Source: Bacteroidales bacterium
Lineage (GTDB): Bacteria > Bacteroidota > Bacteroidia > Bacteroidales > 4484-276
Assembly: GCA_014860585.1 (NCBI GenBank)
Contig: JACZJL010000027.1
Span: 10,242 to 74,241 of the forward strand
Reading direction: 5' to 3'
DNA length: 64,000 bases
Shown: piece after piece, positions 50,101 to 59,980 of the stretch
Position numbering within the stretch: the first letter of the stretch is position 1
Layout of the letters: each line of letters opens with the position of its first letter
Notes under the pieces: generated by a model
Seen by the model: the letters and a program-made list of their open reading frames with translations, nothing else
The model's database searches: none
What the model was told of the DNA's origin: nothing
Position numbers and translations under genes: made by a program

Positions 50101-50784
50101 ATTGGAACGATGCAATGTTCTGCCTGTATAATTATCCGGTACGGGAGTGGGGTACACTGGCTCGAGATAAACAACAAAAGGCAGTTGTGAAAGCATTGAA
50201 ATATCTTCAATTGGGGTGATTATATGCACATACTTGCTGAAATCATTCCGATCTTTTACATCATACCCCTGGTTTGTCAGCGCAGCCAAAACCTTTTCAG
50301 GATCTAAATTTGAGAAATAGCTGAGCAACAGTTCAATTTTTCCATCCTCACGAAGCGAATGTTCCGGAAACTCATGGGTAAAGAGTGACGGCGCCAGCTT
50401 TATCGCATCAGTAACAGAAACAATGCTCCTGATATTTCCTGTCGTGAGTGCTATGGAGACAAACCCGCTTTGAAAAGCTGCAAAATAGCCGTAATGTGGA
50501 ATATAATCCAGGAGGAGGATCCCGCCAGCCGAAAGGTTTTGACGCTCTGAATCAGTGGGGATCTGATAAAACTGGATAATAGCGAAAAACTGGTTTTCAA
50601 AAAGCTGATCTTCAGTTATGGCAGGTGATGCTGCAAAATCGACTACGTTTTCAACAGGAGTGAACGTTTGATTTTTGAAATGCAATTGGTAGTCAGGCTG
50701 ATTTTGAGCTGTTAAAAATGTTGCAGCAAAAAGGCACAAAGCTGTTAAAGTCGCAAACAGGTTGACAGATTGAAATTTCTTCAT
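47140..50784 (-). CDS. T9SS-secreted S8 (subtilisin-like) serine peptidase with MAM-like domain
   Basis: Triad motifs LQDDG, DHGDHCAG, GTSMSCP; SSRGPAHDGRIKPEI; TGPSADHT (MAM); CTD VYPNP...SGVYLL...KLQIR. Confidence 0.92.
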   Translation of the reverse strand: MKKFQSVNLFATLTALCLFAATFLTAQNQPDYQLHFKNQTFTPVENVVDFAASPAITEDQLFENQFFAIIQFYQIPTDSERQNLSAGGILLLDYIPHYGYFAAFQSGFVSIALTTGNIRSIVSVTDAIKLAPSLFTHEFPEHSLREDGKIELLLSYFSNLDPEKVLAALTNQGYDVKDRNDFSKYVHIITPIEDISMLSQLPFVVYLEPVYPTPVPDNYTGRTLHRSNTVANDFSTGRHYDGSGVNVMLQDDGVIGPHIDYEGRVLAQYMGNNIGDHGDHCAGIIMGGGNIDPTTRGNAFGANLYNYSASNYAGFNNIPAHYGSNQIRVSSTSYSDGCNAGYTTLTRTMDQQMRLYTRLLHVFSAGNAGADNCGYGAGAGWGNITGGHKAAKNVIAVANLNSTDGLSSSSSRGPAHDGRIKPEISAKGTSVYSTINPNNYGFKTGTSMSCPGVAGVITQLFQAHRELNGGADPTGGMMKALVMNTADDLGNPGPDFRYGFGRINGLRAVQVLEEGRYDSATIANGQTIEHQFIVPENTAEMRVMVYWVDFESTVNTNWALVNNLDIKVTDPSSSEWLPWVLSHYPNPDSLNKTAVRGIDVRNNQEQVTLTSPEPGQYTLSVTGSTVPQGPQTYYVIYDFIPDEIVLTYPYGGEKLVPGAEEMIRWDAPGTEGIFVLEYSLDNGDTWQMIRNDIAGNVRYYNWIVPSTMTGEAWVRISRGESVSQTNAPLTIVPVPTGLSVDWACENDLHLSWNEVYGASGYTIYKLGQKYMDPIGTTSTNSFIVQGVSASQIHWFSVSAHAPDGSVGQRAIAIQKTAGTLNCYGTDAMMLDVPSVTWGLFQSCMELTSLGVTIKVKNFGLEPVIDPDFSYQLNEGDIFTETYTGTIMPDSILTYTFAGNIDISQVGSYVLKSWIVYAPDQNPGNNELITNFEVIEGVSMAPGNLQTMEEFELCLPAPICELYTCNLADGWINLTNQVLDDVDWRTWRGGTYSFETGPSADHTTGDPLGQYLYLEPSVGCYFKEAVLSLPCIDLTNGQSPALSLWYHAYGSDMGRLHVDLFDGTQIIRDIVPPVVGNQGDEWHELIVDLAPWNGSVIGLRIRGYTGSGEKSDMAIDDIAITDITSVDNIRSTETQVQVYPNPGKGMFNVSLLEIPAGDYQLTVTDISGKTVHSDNVKVSDNQFTKSLNLTKLTSGVYLLEVKSGTKSYQTKLQIR

Positions 50785-51078
50785 CTTTAGTTTAGTTATT
50801 TAGTGGAACAAAGCGCCAAAAATATAATAATTCTAAATAAGGACTACTTAAAAGTAAATTGTTGGCCTTAAATGGGCAATTTTTAGGAAAAGTTAATAAA
50901 TCGGGCACTGCTGAGCATAAATAAGAAACCGGGGAATTGAAAAAAGTTACCTGTTGAAAATCTGCCTGAAACTTTGGGAAATGGCCCTGAACAATAGCAG
51001 ACATAATTGGTGTATCATTTTTGAGGGTACATTTTATACCGGCCTAAAAAACACCTATTTGTTAAAAATATGTTAATC

Positions 51079-51111
51079 TTTGTTTTCCATACATGGAATT
51101 ATCTACATTTG
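51079..51111 (+). promoter_or_regulatory. Bacteroidota housekeeping promoter
   Basis: TTTG (51079-51082), 21-nt spacer, TACATTTG (51104-51111), 33 nt before ATG 51145. Confidence 0.65.
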
Positions 51112-51144
51112 TCCGCTCATATTTTCATTAAAAAATCATTTAGT

Positions 51145-52956
51145 ATGAAAAAGTTTGTCTACCTGATCATTCTGCTATTAGTGCTGCATTGGCCGGCCTT
51201 TTCACAAACTACCGTCATCAACGAAAATTTTGAAACTGATCTGATCGACTGGCAGTTTGAGGGAAACTGGTTTCATGAACCAGGCTACATTTTTATGTAC
51301 TATCATCCTATAACCTACGATTACGATTTTTGGGTAATATCTCCTGAATTTGATGTCCCTGCAAGTGGTGGAGATTTAATCATCAACCATTTCATTGATG
51401 TTTACATGACAAATGTCACCGATGAAAAGTGCGAAATCAGCATCATTCATAATGGAGAAGAAGATGTTGTTTGGGAATATGCACTCACAGAAGGCGCCTG
51501 GGGAAGCATATTCGGAACCGATATGCTGATTCCTTTGGATGAATTTGTCGGTGAGACGGTTCAGCTGAAGATGAGGTCTTATGGCGCCAAGTCGAATGCG
51601 CTCTGGGGTTGGTTTATCTTTAATGTAAATCTCACGACATTTTTTGACCACGATCTTGCAGCCATTCAACTAACCGGACCTGGAAGCCTAAATCCCAATC
51701 AGACCGGGACATGGTTGCTTAATGTGAAGAACCTTGGATTGAACCCTGCATCAGATTTCTCGCTAAAGCTTTTTAGCTATAAGGAAAATGAAGAATTGGC
51801 CAGCGCTACATACAGCGGAACAATTCAGCCGGGAAACTCAGCGGACGTTCCGGTAAACTGGAATTCAGACATGATTCATAATTCTGTTTTGTATGCCGTA
51901 ATTGACCATACCGCCGATCAATATTCAAAAAATAACGCATCCAAGGGGCAGTTTGTAAGAATTAGTCCTCCTCAGGATTTCAATGTGATGTTGTGGGACA
52001 ACGACAATGGTATAGCCACCATTGCAAATCCTGAAACAGGTGTGCTTGAGCAGCCCAACATGGGTATCGAAAAAGCACTGCAGGCTGCCGGTATCCAATA
52101 CTCGAAGTTTTCGAACCTTCCGGCTGACCTTGGCCAGTATGATGTCATTCTGGTCACGATGGGTTGTTATTGTCTGAGCTGAGGTATGACCCCGCCCGGT
52201 ACTGTAAATGCAACAGACCAGGCCAGGCTCGTTGATTACCTCAACAATTACAATGGAAATCTTTATATCGAAAGTACAAAACTCGGATATGACCACTTTG
52301 GCACAAGCATGATGGCACAGTTTGGAATAAAATTCCAGGATCATGGCGATGTGTATGAAGTTCAGGCCATCGAATCCAAAGATCAAGACCTGCTGGCGAA
52401 CATTAACTATGTTTATGCCGGAGGCGACTCTCCGCACTACATTGTTGACCGTTTGATCCCCACCGGTGCAACTTTACTCTACTCCTCCGAAGACAACTAC
52501 CAACGGATATTTTTTTATAACCCCGACGATCAGTACAAAGTCATTTCATCTTCTGTTGTGTTTGGCGCGCTTAAGGATGGTGACAGCTTAAGCATGAAGC
52601 CTTATCTTATGGCCGAGATGATCAATTATTTGATGGGATCAGGAACTACTACGAGCCTCTTTGAAGCCTTTGGAAATACTGATGAATTTGCTGTTTCCGC
52701 TTACCCGAACCCTTTCAGCAACCAAATCAACATTGGTTTTGATCTGCAGCAAGGCAGTCAGGTGTATATCCGGATTTACGATCATTCAGGACGTGTTGTC
52801 AAAGAATTGGTCAACGGTCAATTACCTGCCGGAAATCATTCATTCACCTGGAACGGGCAAAGCAATACAGGATTTAAGCTTGATGACGGACTTTATGTTT
52901 ACAAAATTGAATTTGACGAACAAGTCAGATCAGGAAAGATAGTATTGACAAGATAA
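51145..52956 (+). CDS. T9SS-type secreted protein read through an in-frame TGA (candidate selenoprotein, 603 aa, CxxU at residue 346); ORF track splits it into two
   Basis: Signal peptide MKKFVYLIILLL; ...GCYCLS-TGA(52180-52182)-GMTPPG... continues in the same frame to a FlgD-Ig/T9SS CTD (AYPNPF...GLYVYK...GKIVLTR). Confidence 0.7.
52194..52223 (+). promoter_or_regulatory. Candidate SECIS-like hairpin downstream of in-frame UGA
   Basis: GCC-C-GGT-A-CTGT [AAATGCA] ACAG-ACC-A-GGC; stem starts 11 nt and loop 23 nt after the TGA. Confidence 0.45.
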
Positions 52957-52978
52957 TCCATAAATTAAAGTAGATACT

Positions 52979-53019
52979 GAGGATGCCTGGATCAAGTCCT
53001 GGCATCCTCCTTTTTTTTT
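52979..53019 (+). terminator. Rho-independent terminator
   Basis: GAGGATGCC / GGCATCCTC stem followed by T9. Confidence 0.85.
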
Positions 53020-53086
53020 CAATTCAGCCATTCAAATTGATTTTGATGGGATTTCCCGCAAAATAGTTTTCATTTTATCAATGAGT

Positions 53087-53209
53087 CCAGTCTAAAAAGC
53101 TTTCAAACTGCTGATTTTTACTCCTGACCCAAAAGGGAGATCTTTAAAAATCAGCAGTTTATAAAAGTCCCCTTTAAGGGGTTTTGGGGTAAATTTTTTT
53201 TTAGACCGG
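53087..53209. repeat. Palindromic REP/MITE-like element related to 16305-16458
   Basis: Perfect 16-bp inverted repeat AAACTGCTGATTTTTA / TAAAAATCAGCAGTTT; CCCAAAAGGGA...TCCCCTTTAAGGGG..GGGGTAAA core; outer CCAGTCTAAAAA / TTTTTAGACCGG. Confidence 0.6.
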
Positions 53210-54256
53210 ATTCATCAATTGTTGCGCTGCTTGAACAAACCCCTCCACATCTTGCAGGGTTGTGTCAAAAGAACACATCAGACGAACTTCGTTTTCAGCT
53301 TCGTTCCAAACATGAAAAAAATATGCTTCCTGCAATTTTGGAATCAAATCCCCGGGCATGATAGCGAATACACCATTGGCCTCAACCGGTCTGCTCAATG
53401 TGATGCCACTTACTGCGGGCAGGCGTTCTCCAAGTAATTTTGCCATCCGGTTTGCATTTTCGGCGTTGCGTTTCCACAGGTCGTTTTCGAGATAGGCCAG
53501 GAATTGAACGATGATAAACCTCATTTTGCTGGCCAGTTGCATGCCTTGTTTGCGGTTGTACTGAAATCCCTCAGCCAGTGATTTGTTCAGGAAAACGACG
53601 GCTTCTCCGAACATCAGTCCGTTCTTGGTGCCTCCAAATGAGAGGACATCCACCCCGCAATCAGCGGTCATTTCGCCAAAGCTGCAACCCAATGCTACGG
53701 CTGCATTAGCAATACGTGCGCCGTCCATATGCAGGTACATATTGTTGGTATGTGCAAAATCAGCAAGTGCTTTGATTTCTTTAAGGTTGTAAAGTGTTCC
53801 CATTTCGGTCGCCTGTGAGATACTGATCAACCTTGGCTGAACATGGTGCTGGAAGCCAAAACTGTTAAGAAACGGCTCAACCTGCGATGGTTTAATCTTA
53901 CCGTCTTCGCAGTGAACAGTCAATAATTTCCCGCCTGTGAATTTTTCCGGAGCACCAGCTTCATCTTCATTCAGATGTGCCGAATGAGGCGTTACCACTG
54001 CTTCCCAAGAGCGGAGCAATTGCTGCACCGAAAGTACGTTTGCGCCGGTGCCATTGTAAACGAAAAAAACCTGGATCTCGTCACCAAAAATTTCCTGAAA
54101 CCGTTGCTGTGCCAGCCCCATCAGGGGATCATTTTCGCCATAGGCAGGATGATGACCATAATTAACGGTGGATAAAGCCTGCATCACTTCGGGCGACACT
54201 CCCGACCAATTGTCGCTTGCAAAACCTTTACGGTAAGGAGGCATATAGTTTGTCAT
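53201..54256 (-). CDS. ltaE: Low-specificity L-threonine aldolase
   Basis: FASDN, NGTGAN, HMDGARIANA, SFGGTKNG (PLP lysine), RKQGMQLASKMRF. Confidence 0.88.
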   Translation of the reverse strand: MTNYMPPYRKGFASDNWSGVSPEVMQALSTVNYGHHPAYGENDPLMGLAQQRFQEIFGDEIQVFFVYNGTGANVLSVQQLLRSWEAVVTPHSAHLNEDEAGAPEKFTGGKLLTVHCEDGKIKPSQVEPFLNSFGFQHHVQPRLISISQATEMGTLYNLKEIKALADFAHTNNMYLHMDGARIANAAVALGCSFGEMTADCGVDVLSFGGTKNGLMFGEAVVFLNKSLAEGFQYNRKQGMQLASKMRFIIVQFLAYLENDLWKRNAENANRMAKLLGERLPAVSGITLSRPVEANGVFAIMPGDLIPKLQEAYFFHVWNEAENEVRLMCSFDTTLQDVEGFVQAAQQLMNPV

Positions 54257-54347
54257 TGCTTTGGATTTGCTGTAAACAAATTACCCAGTATTTTTTAAAG
54301 GATGGTTGGTAAACCCGGTTAAGTAAATGTATCGAATGTGCTTCTCC

Positions 54348-56132
54348 TTAAAATTTGTAAGCGTTTTCTTCGATCAGGTAATTGGCAATCCGCCGGCGTG
54401 CTTCTTTGGTGTTCACAGGTTTTACAGATGTCAGTTTGCTAATATGGCACATCAGCTTCTCGCGGTAGTCCTGGTTTTCAGCAAAAGAGTTTATGGCATC
54501 TTTCCCACATTTGTGAATGATATCGGCAGCGTCGTAAATGAAAACATCCACAATATCTTTATAAATACTCAAAGCTCCGGCGCCTTTAAGACTTTCAAGC
54601 TTTTCAAGGCGGAGCATCGCTGATTCTGAAGCATAAACCTGCATGATCATGTCCGAAATATTGAACAGGATTTCCTGCTCGTTGGTTAAGCTGCGCTGGA
54701 AAACTTCTGAAACTTCGCCAAGGAGAATTAAAGCTGCTTTTTTGAAGTTCATGATAAAATGCCGTTTCTCTCCGAAATAGTCTACAGGAACCACCTCCGT
54801 TTTTGGTTCCTCCATACCTTTAAGTATAGATTTGGAGTACCTGCTGACATCAAAACCTTCTTTCAGTGATTTCTTGATGGTGGTATCCACTACCAGCATT
54901 CGGTTAATCTCATTGGTACCTTCAAAAATACGGTTGATCCTTGAATCGCGATAAGCCCGGTCTACCGGAGTTTCGGACGAAAAGCCCATTCCACCGAAAA
55001 TCTGAACGGCTTCGTCAACGATGAAGCTCAACGCTTCGGAGCCAAATACTTTGAGGAAAGCAGCTTCGATGGCATACTGAGCAATCCCTTCAATTGATGC
55101 TTTACTTTTTGGGTATCCTTCTTCGAGCAGTTTCTCGATCGTGTCGTCAATCAGTTGGCCAACGCGGTAAACCGATGCTTCTGTTACCCAGGTTTTAATA
55201 ACCTGTTCGGCCATCTTGTGCTTGATAGCGCCAAATTCTGAGATTGATTTGCCGAACTGCTTGCGCTCGTTGGCATAGTTCACCGATTGTGTAATGGCAC
55301 GTTTTGCTGCTCCGAGCACTGTTCCCCCCAGCTTTATCCTTCCCATGTGAAGAATGTTGAGGGCAATACGGAACCCTTCACCTCTGGCTCCGAGCAGGTT
55401 TTCCACCGGTACCCTGCAGTCGTTGAAGAAAATCTGAACGGTTGATGAGCCCTTGATCCCCATCTTTTTCTCTTCGGGATTGAAAACAATGCCCGGGAAA
55501 GCGCGCTCGACGATGAATGCACTCAATACGCGGTCGTTATCGATTTTTGCAAACACAGTCATAATATCAGCAAAACCGCCATTAGTGATCCACATCTTCT
55601 GGCCATTAAGGATGTAGAATTTACCATCTTCCGAAAGGACAGCACGTGTTTTTCCGGAGTTGGCATCCGAGCCGGAGTTGGGTTCAGTGAGGCAATAAGC
55701 TGATGTAAGTGCACCGGTAGCAAGACTGGGGAGATATTTTTGTTTTTGCTCGTCGTTACCATAATAAACGATAGGCAAAGAGCCGATTCCAGTATGAGCT
55801 GAATAGGCGACTGAAAAAGAATATCCGGCGCCCATGTATTCGCTGGCGAGCATGGATGTTACAAACGACTGGTCAAACCCCTCGTATTCTGCAGGTACAG
55901 AAATACCAAGCAACCCCAGTTCACCGGATTTCTGCAACAGGTGTTTCATCAACCCCTCTTCCTGACTGTCAATGCGGTCGAGATTGGGATAAACAAAGGA
56001 TTCCAGAAAATCGCTGCAGGTTTGAGCGATCATTTTTTGTTCTTCAGTAAATTCTTCAGGTATGAATACATCTTTGGCTTCCGATTCTCTGATCAGAAAT
56101 TCGCCACCTCTCAAAATGTTGTCTTTTGCCAT
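54348..56132 (-). CDS. Acyl-CoA dehydrogenase (long, FadE-like)
   Basis: AYCLTEPNSGSDA, LNGQKMWITNG, KMGIKGSST, IFEGTNEINR; start MAKDNILRGGEF at 56132. Confidence 0.93.
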   Translation of the reverse strand: MAKDNILRGGEFLIRESEAKDVFIPEEFTEEQKMIAQTCSDFLESFVYPNLDRIDSQEEGLMKHLLQKSGELGLLGISVPAEYEGFDQSFVTSMLASEYMGAGYSFSVAYSAHTGIGSLPIVYYGNDEQKQKYLPSLATGALTSAYCLTEPNSGSDANSGKTRAVLSEDGKFYILNGQKMWITNGGFADIMTVFAKIDNDRVLSAFIVERAFPGIVFNPEEKKMGIKGSSTVQIFFNDCRVPVENLLGARGEGFRIALNILHMGRIKLGGTVLGAAKRAITQSVNYANERKQFGKSISEFGAIKHKMAEQVIKTWVTEASVYRVGQLIDDTIEKLLEEGYPKSKASIEGIAQYAIEAAFLKVFGSEALSFIVDEAVQIFGGMGFSSETPVDRAYRDSRINRIFEGTNEINRMLVVDTTIKKSLKEGFDVSRYSKSILKGMEEPKTEVVPVDYFGEKRHFIMNFKKAALILLGEVSEVFQRSLTNEQEILFNISDMIMQVYASESAMLRLEKLESLKGAGALSIYKDIVDVFIYDAADIIHKCGKDAINSFAENQDYREKLMCHISKLTSVKPVNTKEARRRIANYLIEENAYKF

Positions 56133-56175
56133 CAGATAATTTTTTTTAAAATTTGGCTGCAAAGGTAAATAAATA

Positions 56176-56209
56176 CCGGCTTAGAAGCTGATTATTGCCT
56201 CTAAGCCGG
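56176..56209 (-). terminator. Stem-loop after the lipoprotein gene
   Basis: CCGGCTTAGAAGC / GCCTCTAAGCCGG; adjacent minus-strand TACCTTTG (-7 box) at 56160-56167. Confidence 0.6.
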
Positions 56210-56231
56210 CTGGAATTTTATCAAATGATCG

Positions 56232-57116
56232 TTATTCCATTACAATCACGTCAATTTTGATTTTATCACCTTTTTCATAAGTGTCCACAACCTTGATGTA
56301 ACCCAGTTTCTCGCCAACTGTCCTGAACATAAACACCTGGCCAACTTCCAGTTCACTTACTTTTGATGTGGCATCGGTAGTATTGTAATCAGGGAAAATA
56401 TGCAAATCGCCAATTGCATCAAACTCGGCGGCCGTCATGGTACTTGCATTAAAACGGGTTTGGTTTTTCGTTGTCCAGTCACCCAGTTCAAACGACGGAA
56501 TGGTGTTGGCATCTTCATCATCAGGCGCTGCGATGGAATTGATAAAAGTCACTCCTTTAAAGAATAGGAAGTCAACCTTAGCCTGGTTTAGTTTTGCTTC
56601 TGGTACTATATAAACAAGATCATCAACAGTGTTGTAGAAACTGCCAATAGGATCATTGAATGAACCCAATTCAATGTTGGTTACTTTTTTTACTGCTTCA
56701 CCCAAATAAGGTGGCTCTGTAACGGTAGCATTCAATTCCTTTTCATCTGTCAACCCTCCATGAGCAGTGATTTTAAAGGTAACCTTGCCCACACCCACAC
56801 CTACAAACTGGATTTCGAAATCAGCATTAAAATCAGGTGCATCGAATACCGTGTCAACAAGTGTCAAGGTGTTGTACAAGATGTTGAACCTTACCAAATT
56901 ATGTTCGTGGGTTGTACTTTTCGAGGCAGTTACTCCAAACTTCACGGTTGTGCCTTCAATGACTTCAAAATCAGCAGATGTGTAACCTTCGCCGGTTTTC
57001 AGGGTTAGTGCTGGCCCCATGTCCACCACTGGTTCATCCTCGTCTTTACTGCATCCTGCGATAGCTACTCCAGTCAAAATCAACATGGCAAATGAAAAAA
57101 ATCTCCAAAATCTCAT
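56232..57116 (-). CDS. Hypothetical lipoprotein
   Basis: Lipobox IAGC followed by SKDEDE; beta-rich; function not recognised. Confidence 0.75.
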   Translation of the reverse strand: MRFWRFFSFAMLILTGVAIAGCSKDEDEPVVDMGPALTLKTGEGYTSADFEVIEGTTVKFGVTASKSTTHEHNLVRFNILYNTLTLVDTVFDAPDFNADFEIQFVGVGVGKVTFKITAHGGLTDEKELNATVTEPPYLGEAVKKVTNIELGSFNDPIGSFYNTVDDLVYIVPEAKLNQAKVDFLFFKGVTFINSIAAPDDEDANTIPSFELGDWTTKNQTRFNASTMTAAEFDAIGDLHIFPDYNTTDATSKVSELEVGQVFMFRTVGEKLGYIKVVDTYEKGDKIKIDVIVME

Positions 57117-57452
57117 AATTCCTAATTTTAAAATAATTAATAAAAAGTTTTAAATTTCAAATTGTGCGATGAAACGATTTGATTACCGACATTATTTTAG
57201 TTGAAATGATATCTATTTCATTAAATCAGGCCAATGCGGAGAATGGATTAAAATTTCGGCAGTAAAAGATTGATATCACATGATAAGTAATTCATTTTGC
57301 GAACAGGCAAAATGCATCCTTTTAAAAAGCCAGACAGATCGCTGCTGGGTTGCAGTTGAAAAATTTATTCCATGTTTTCAGTTTACGGGAGTGCATTATT
57401 TGTATTTTTACCACTCAGTTTATCGACATTAATTTCAAAAAAAGCAAGAGTT

Positions 57453-58067
57453 ATGCATATCGCAGTTGCAGGAAATATTGGTTCAGGAAAAACCACACTC
57501 ACCACGTTGCTTTCCAGGCATTTTAAATGGGAGCCTCACTTCGAATCTGTGGACGATAATCCCTACCTTCACAGTTTTTATGAAGACATGCGTCGCTGGT
57601 CATTCAACCTCCAGATTTACTTTCTCAACAGTCGTTTCAGGCAGATCATCAAAATTAGGGAAAGTGGGAAAAATGTGATCCAGGACAGGACAATTTATGA
57701 AGATGCCTACATATTTGCTCCTAACCTACACGAAATGAACCTGATGACCACACGAGACTATGACAATTACCGGTCGTTGTTCGAGCTGATGATCAGTTTC
57801 ATAAAGCCCCCGGACCTGCTGATTTACCTTCGGGGTTCGGTGCCTACCCTGGTCAGGCAGATACAGAAACGTGGCCGCGATTACGAGGAATCCATCCGGC
57901 TCGATTACCTGAAGAGCCTGAACGATCGCTATGAAGCATGGATGGAGAATTACACGGAGGGAAAAAAACTGATTTTTAACGTGGATCAGCTTGACTTTGA
58001 AGAAAAACCGGAGGCGCTGGGTTATGTAATTGATCAGATCAACGCGGAGCTGCACGGACTTTTTTAG
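57453..58067 (+). CDS. Deoxynucleoside kinase (dAK/dGK family)
   Basis: IAVAGNIGSGKTT, QDRTIYED, PDLLIYL, RGRDYE; start MHIAV at 57453. Confidence 0.93.
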   Translation: MHIAVAGNIGSGKTTLTTLLSRHFKWEPHFESVDDNPYLHSFYEDMRRWSFNLQIYFLNSRFRQIIKIRESGKNVIQDRTIYEDAYIFAPNLHEMNLMTTRDYDNYRSLFELMISFIKPPDLLIYLRGSVPTLVRQIQKRGRDYEESIRLDYLKSLNDRYEAWMENYTEGKKLIFNVDQLDFEEKPEALGYVIDQINAELHGLF

Positions 58068-58071
58068 AGGC

Positions 58072-58947
58072 TCAGAATTTTTGTAAAATACGTTGAACTG
58101 AACCCAGGTATCCGCCACCAAAGAGAATAACGTGAACCATGAGCGGGTACAAATTGTAATATTCCAACCTCTGTTGCCAGCCTTTTTCCAGTGTATTGTA
58201 ACTGGTGTAAGCATCATAAAACTTTCCTGAAAATCCTCCAAAAAGTGTTGACATGGCAATATCTACCTCCGGATGGCCATAGTAAATTGCAGGATCAATT
58301 AAACATACCCGACCATCTTCAGTCACCATATAATTACCGCTCCAAAGATCACCGTGAACCAGTGACGGCCTGGTTTCAGGGAAAATTTCACCAAGCCGCA
58401 AATAAAGACGCCCGAAAGCTGAAACATCCTCTCTGCCGATCTTTCCTTCTTCCCGTGCCATTTTAACCAGGGGCTCTAATCTTTCTTCAATAAAAAAATC
58501 TGTCCATTCATCGTGAAATGTATTGCTTTGATATAGTGAACCCATAAAATTGTCGTGATCAAGCCCGAACTGCCCGGCTTTGTGACGATGCAGGGCAGCA
58601 AGCTTAATCCCGAAATCCTCCCAGAAATCACTTCTTTCTGTTGCTGATACGATAAATTTCAACAAGAGAAACGAAAAATTTCCGCTGCTTCCATAATGAA
58701 GCACATCCGGCACATTAATCTCATTGAGATTTTTCAATAGTTTTAATCCGGCTGCCTCTTTTTCGAACATGCCCGGATAGCGACCGGCATTATTGTATTT
58801 TAGAAAATATATACCGCTGGCTGTTTTGATTTTGAATGCCTGGTTTATCGATCCTCCTGATATTGTTGTAGCAATCAGGTTATAATCAGACGAATCTGAT
58901 AATGCCAAATGAGAGATGAGGGATTTCTTAATTTCGTCAGGAAGCAT
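58072..58947 (-). CDS. Fructosamine kinase family protein
   Basis: SGGSIN, PSLVHGDLWSGN, IDPAIYYGHPEVDIAM. Confidence 0.92.
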   Translation of the reverse strand: MLPDEIKKSLISHLALSDSSDYNLIATTISGGSINQAFKIKTASGIYFLKYNNAGRYPGMFEKEAAGLKLLKNLNEINVPDVLHYGSSGNFSFLLLKFIVSATERSDFWEDFGIKLAALHRHKAGQFGLDHDNFMGSLYQSNTFHDEWTDFFIEERLEPLVKMAREEGKIGREDVSAFGRLYLRLGEIFPETRPSLVHGDLWSGNYMVTEDGRVCLIDPAIYYGHPEVDIAMSTLFGGFSGKFYDAYTSYNTLEKGWQQRLEYYNLYPLMVHVILFGGGYLGSVQRILQKF

Positions 58948-58971
58948 AGGTTGAAATCACTGTTTGCAGAA

Positions 58972-59415
58972 TTAAAGCATCACAACGTGGGTGTTTATCT
59001 TTTTTCTCAACAATTTATCCCCCAAAAACAACACTATGGAGGCTAGTATGATCATCAATGGCATGGAAGAAAACTTAATGTTTGCAAAACCATTGGTAAA
59101 CATACTGACGATTGATGAAAACATATTGACATAATTCATCAGGCTAATCCCCGGCTGAACATCGGTATGGCTGAACCGGCCAAATACATCAAACGAAAAA
59201 ATCATGTAGCCCACTCCAACAAATGCGGCTGCTATTAATGTCCACTGCCACCAATTGAATGGCAATTTTTCAACGGTTTCCTTCTCCACTTTTATCACAG
59301 GAATGGCGGCCATCACTTTGTCGGTAAAACCCTCAGAAGGTTTGTCATCGTCAATGTTATTCAGCAGATTTTTAAGAAAATCATCTTTGATATGCTCTGT
59401 ATTTTGTAAATTCAT
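58972..59415 (-). CDS. Putative membrane anti-sigma factor
   Basis: PSEGFTDKVM motif, two TM helices, 4-bp overlap with the ECF sigma gene. Confidence 0.7.
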   Translation of the reverse strand: MNLQNTEHIKDDFLKNLLNNIDDDKPSEGFTDKVMAAIPVIKVEKETVEKLPFNWWQWTLIAAAFVGVGYMIFSFDVFGRFSHTDVQPGISLMNYVNMFSSIVSMFTNGFANIKFSSMPLMIILASIVLFLGDKLLRKKINTHVVML

Positions 59416-59969
59416 AGTTCAAGTTGTTTTTTCAATTCATCGTACATACGTTTACGAATTCTGTAAAGCCTCACTTTGACATTGGATTGCGATAATCCTG
59501 TAATTTCACTGATCTCATCCACGGGACATTCGTTTTTGTAAAACAAATTCAGTAACAAATTGTCTTCTTCGGGTAACTTTTCCATCACGGCGTTCAGCGC
59601 TTCGATCTGCTCTTCTTTGTCCAGTTCTTCCATGCCTCTGCTCACATGATCTGTTGTATAATTATCTATTAGCGCATCATCGATAGCTGCAAATTCGGTT
59701 TTTGGTCTTCGAACCCGCGAAATGGATGTGTTATAGGCTATTCGGTAGAGCCATGTCGAAAAACGTGATTTACCTTCAAAGCCTTGCAATGCCTGGTAAG
59801 CTTTGATAAAGACATCCTGCGCCAGTTCTTCGGCCTCATGATGATTTCTCACAATTTTATTTACAATCGTAAATACCATATCCTTATGCTTCTCAACCAG
59901 CATTTTGTATGCTGCAGCGTTGCCTTCCAGTACCTGCCCGATATAAAAGTTGTCGTCCCTGAATGTCAT
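59412..59969 (-). CDS. ECF sigma-70 factor (SigW-like)
   Basis: AEELAQDVFIKAY, FSTWLYRIAYN, EISEITGLSQSNVKVRLYRIRK. Confidence 0.95.
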   Translation of the reverse strand: MTFRDDNFYIGQVLEGNAAAYKMLVEKHKDMVFTIVNKIVRNHHEAEELAQDVFIKAYQALQGFEGKSRFSTWLYRIAYNTSISRVRRPKTEFAAIDDALIDNYTTDHVSRGMEELDKEEQIEALNAVMEKLPEEDNLLLNLFYKNECPVDEISEITGLSQSNVKVRLYRIRKRMYDELKKQLEL

Positions 59970-59980
59970 TCGAGTTCTTT

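Noticed and set aside
50792..51004. 70-aa ORF upstream of the S8 protease (also 37427-37621)
   Set aside because: AT-rich divergent promoter regions; no motifs or coding signature seen.
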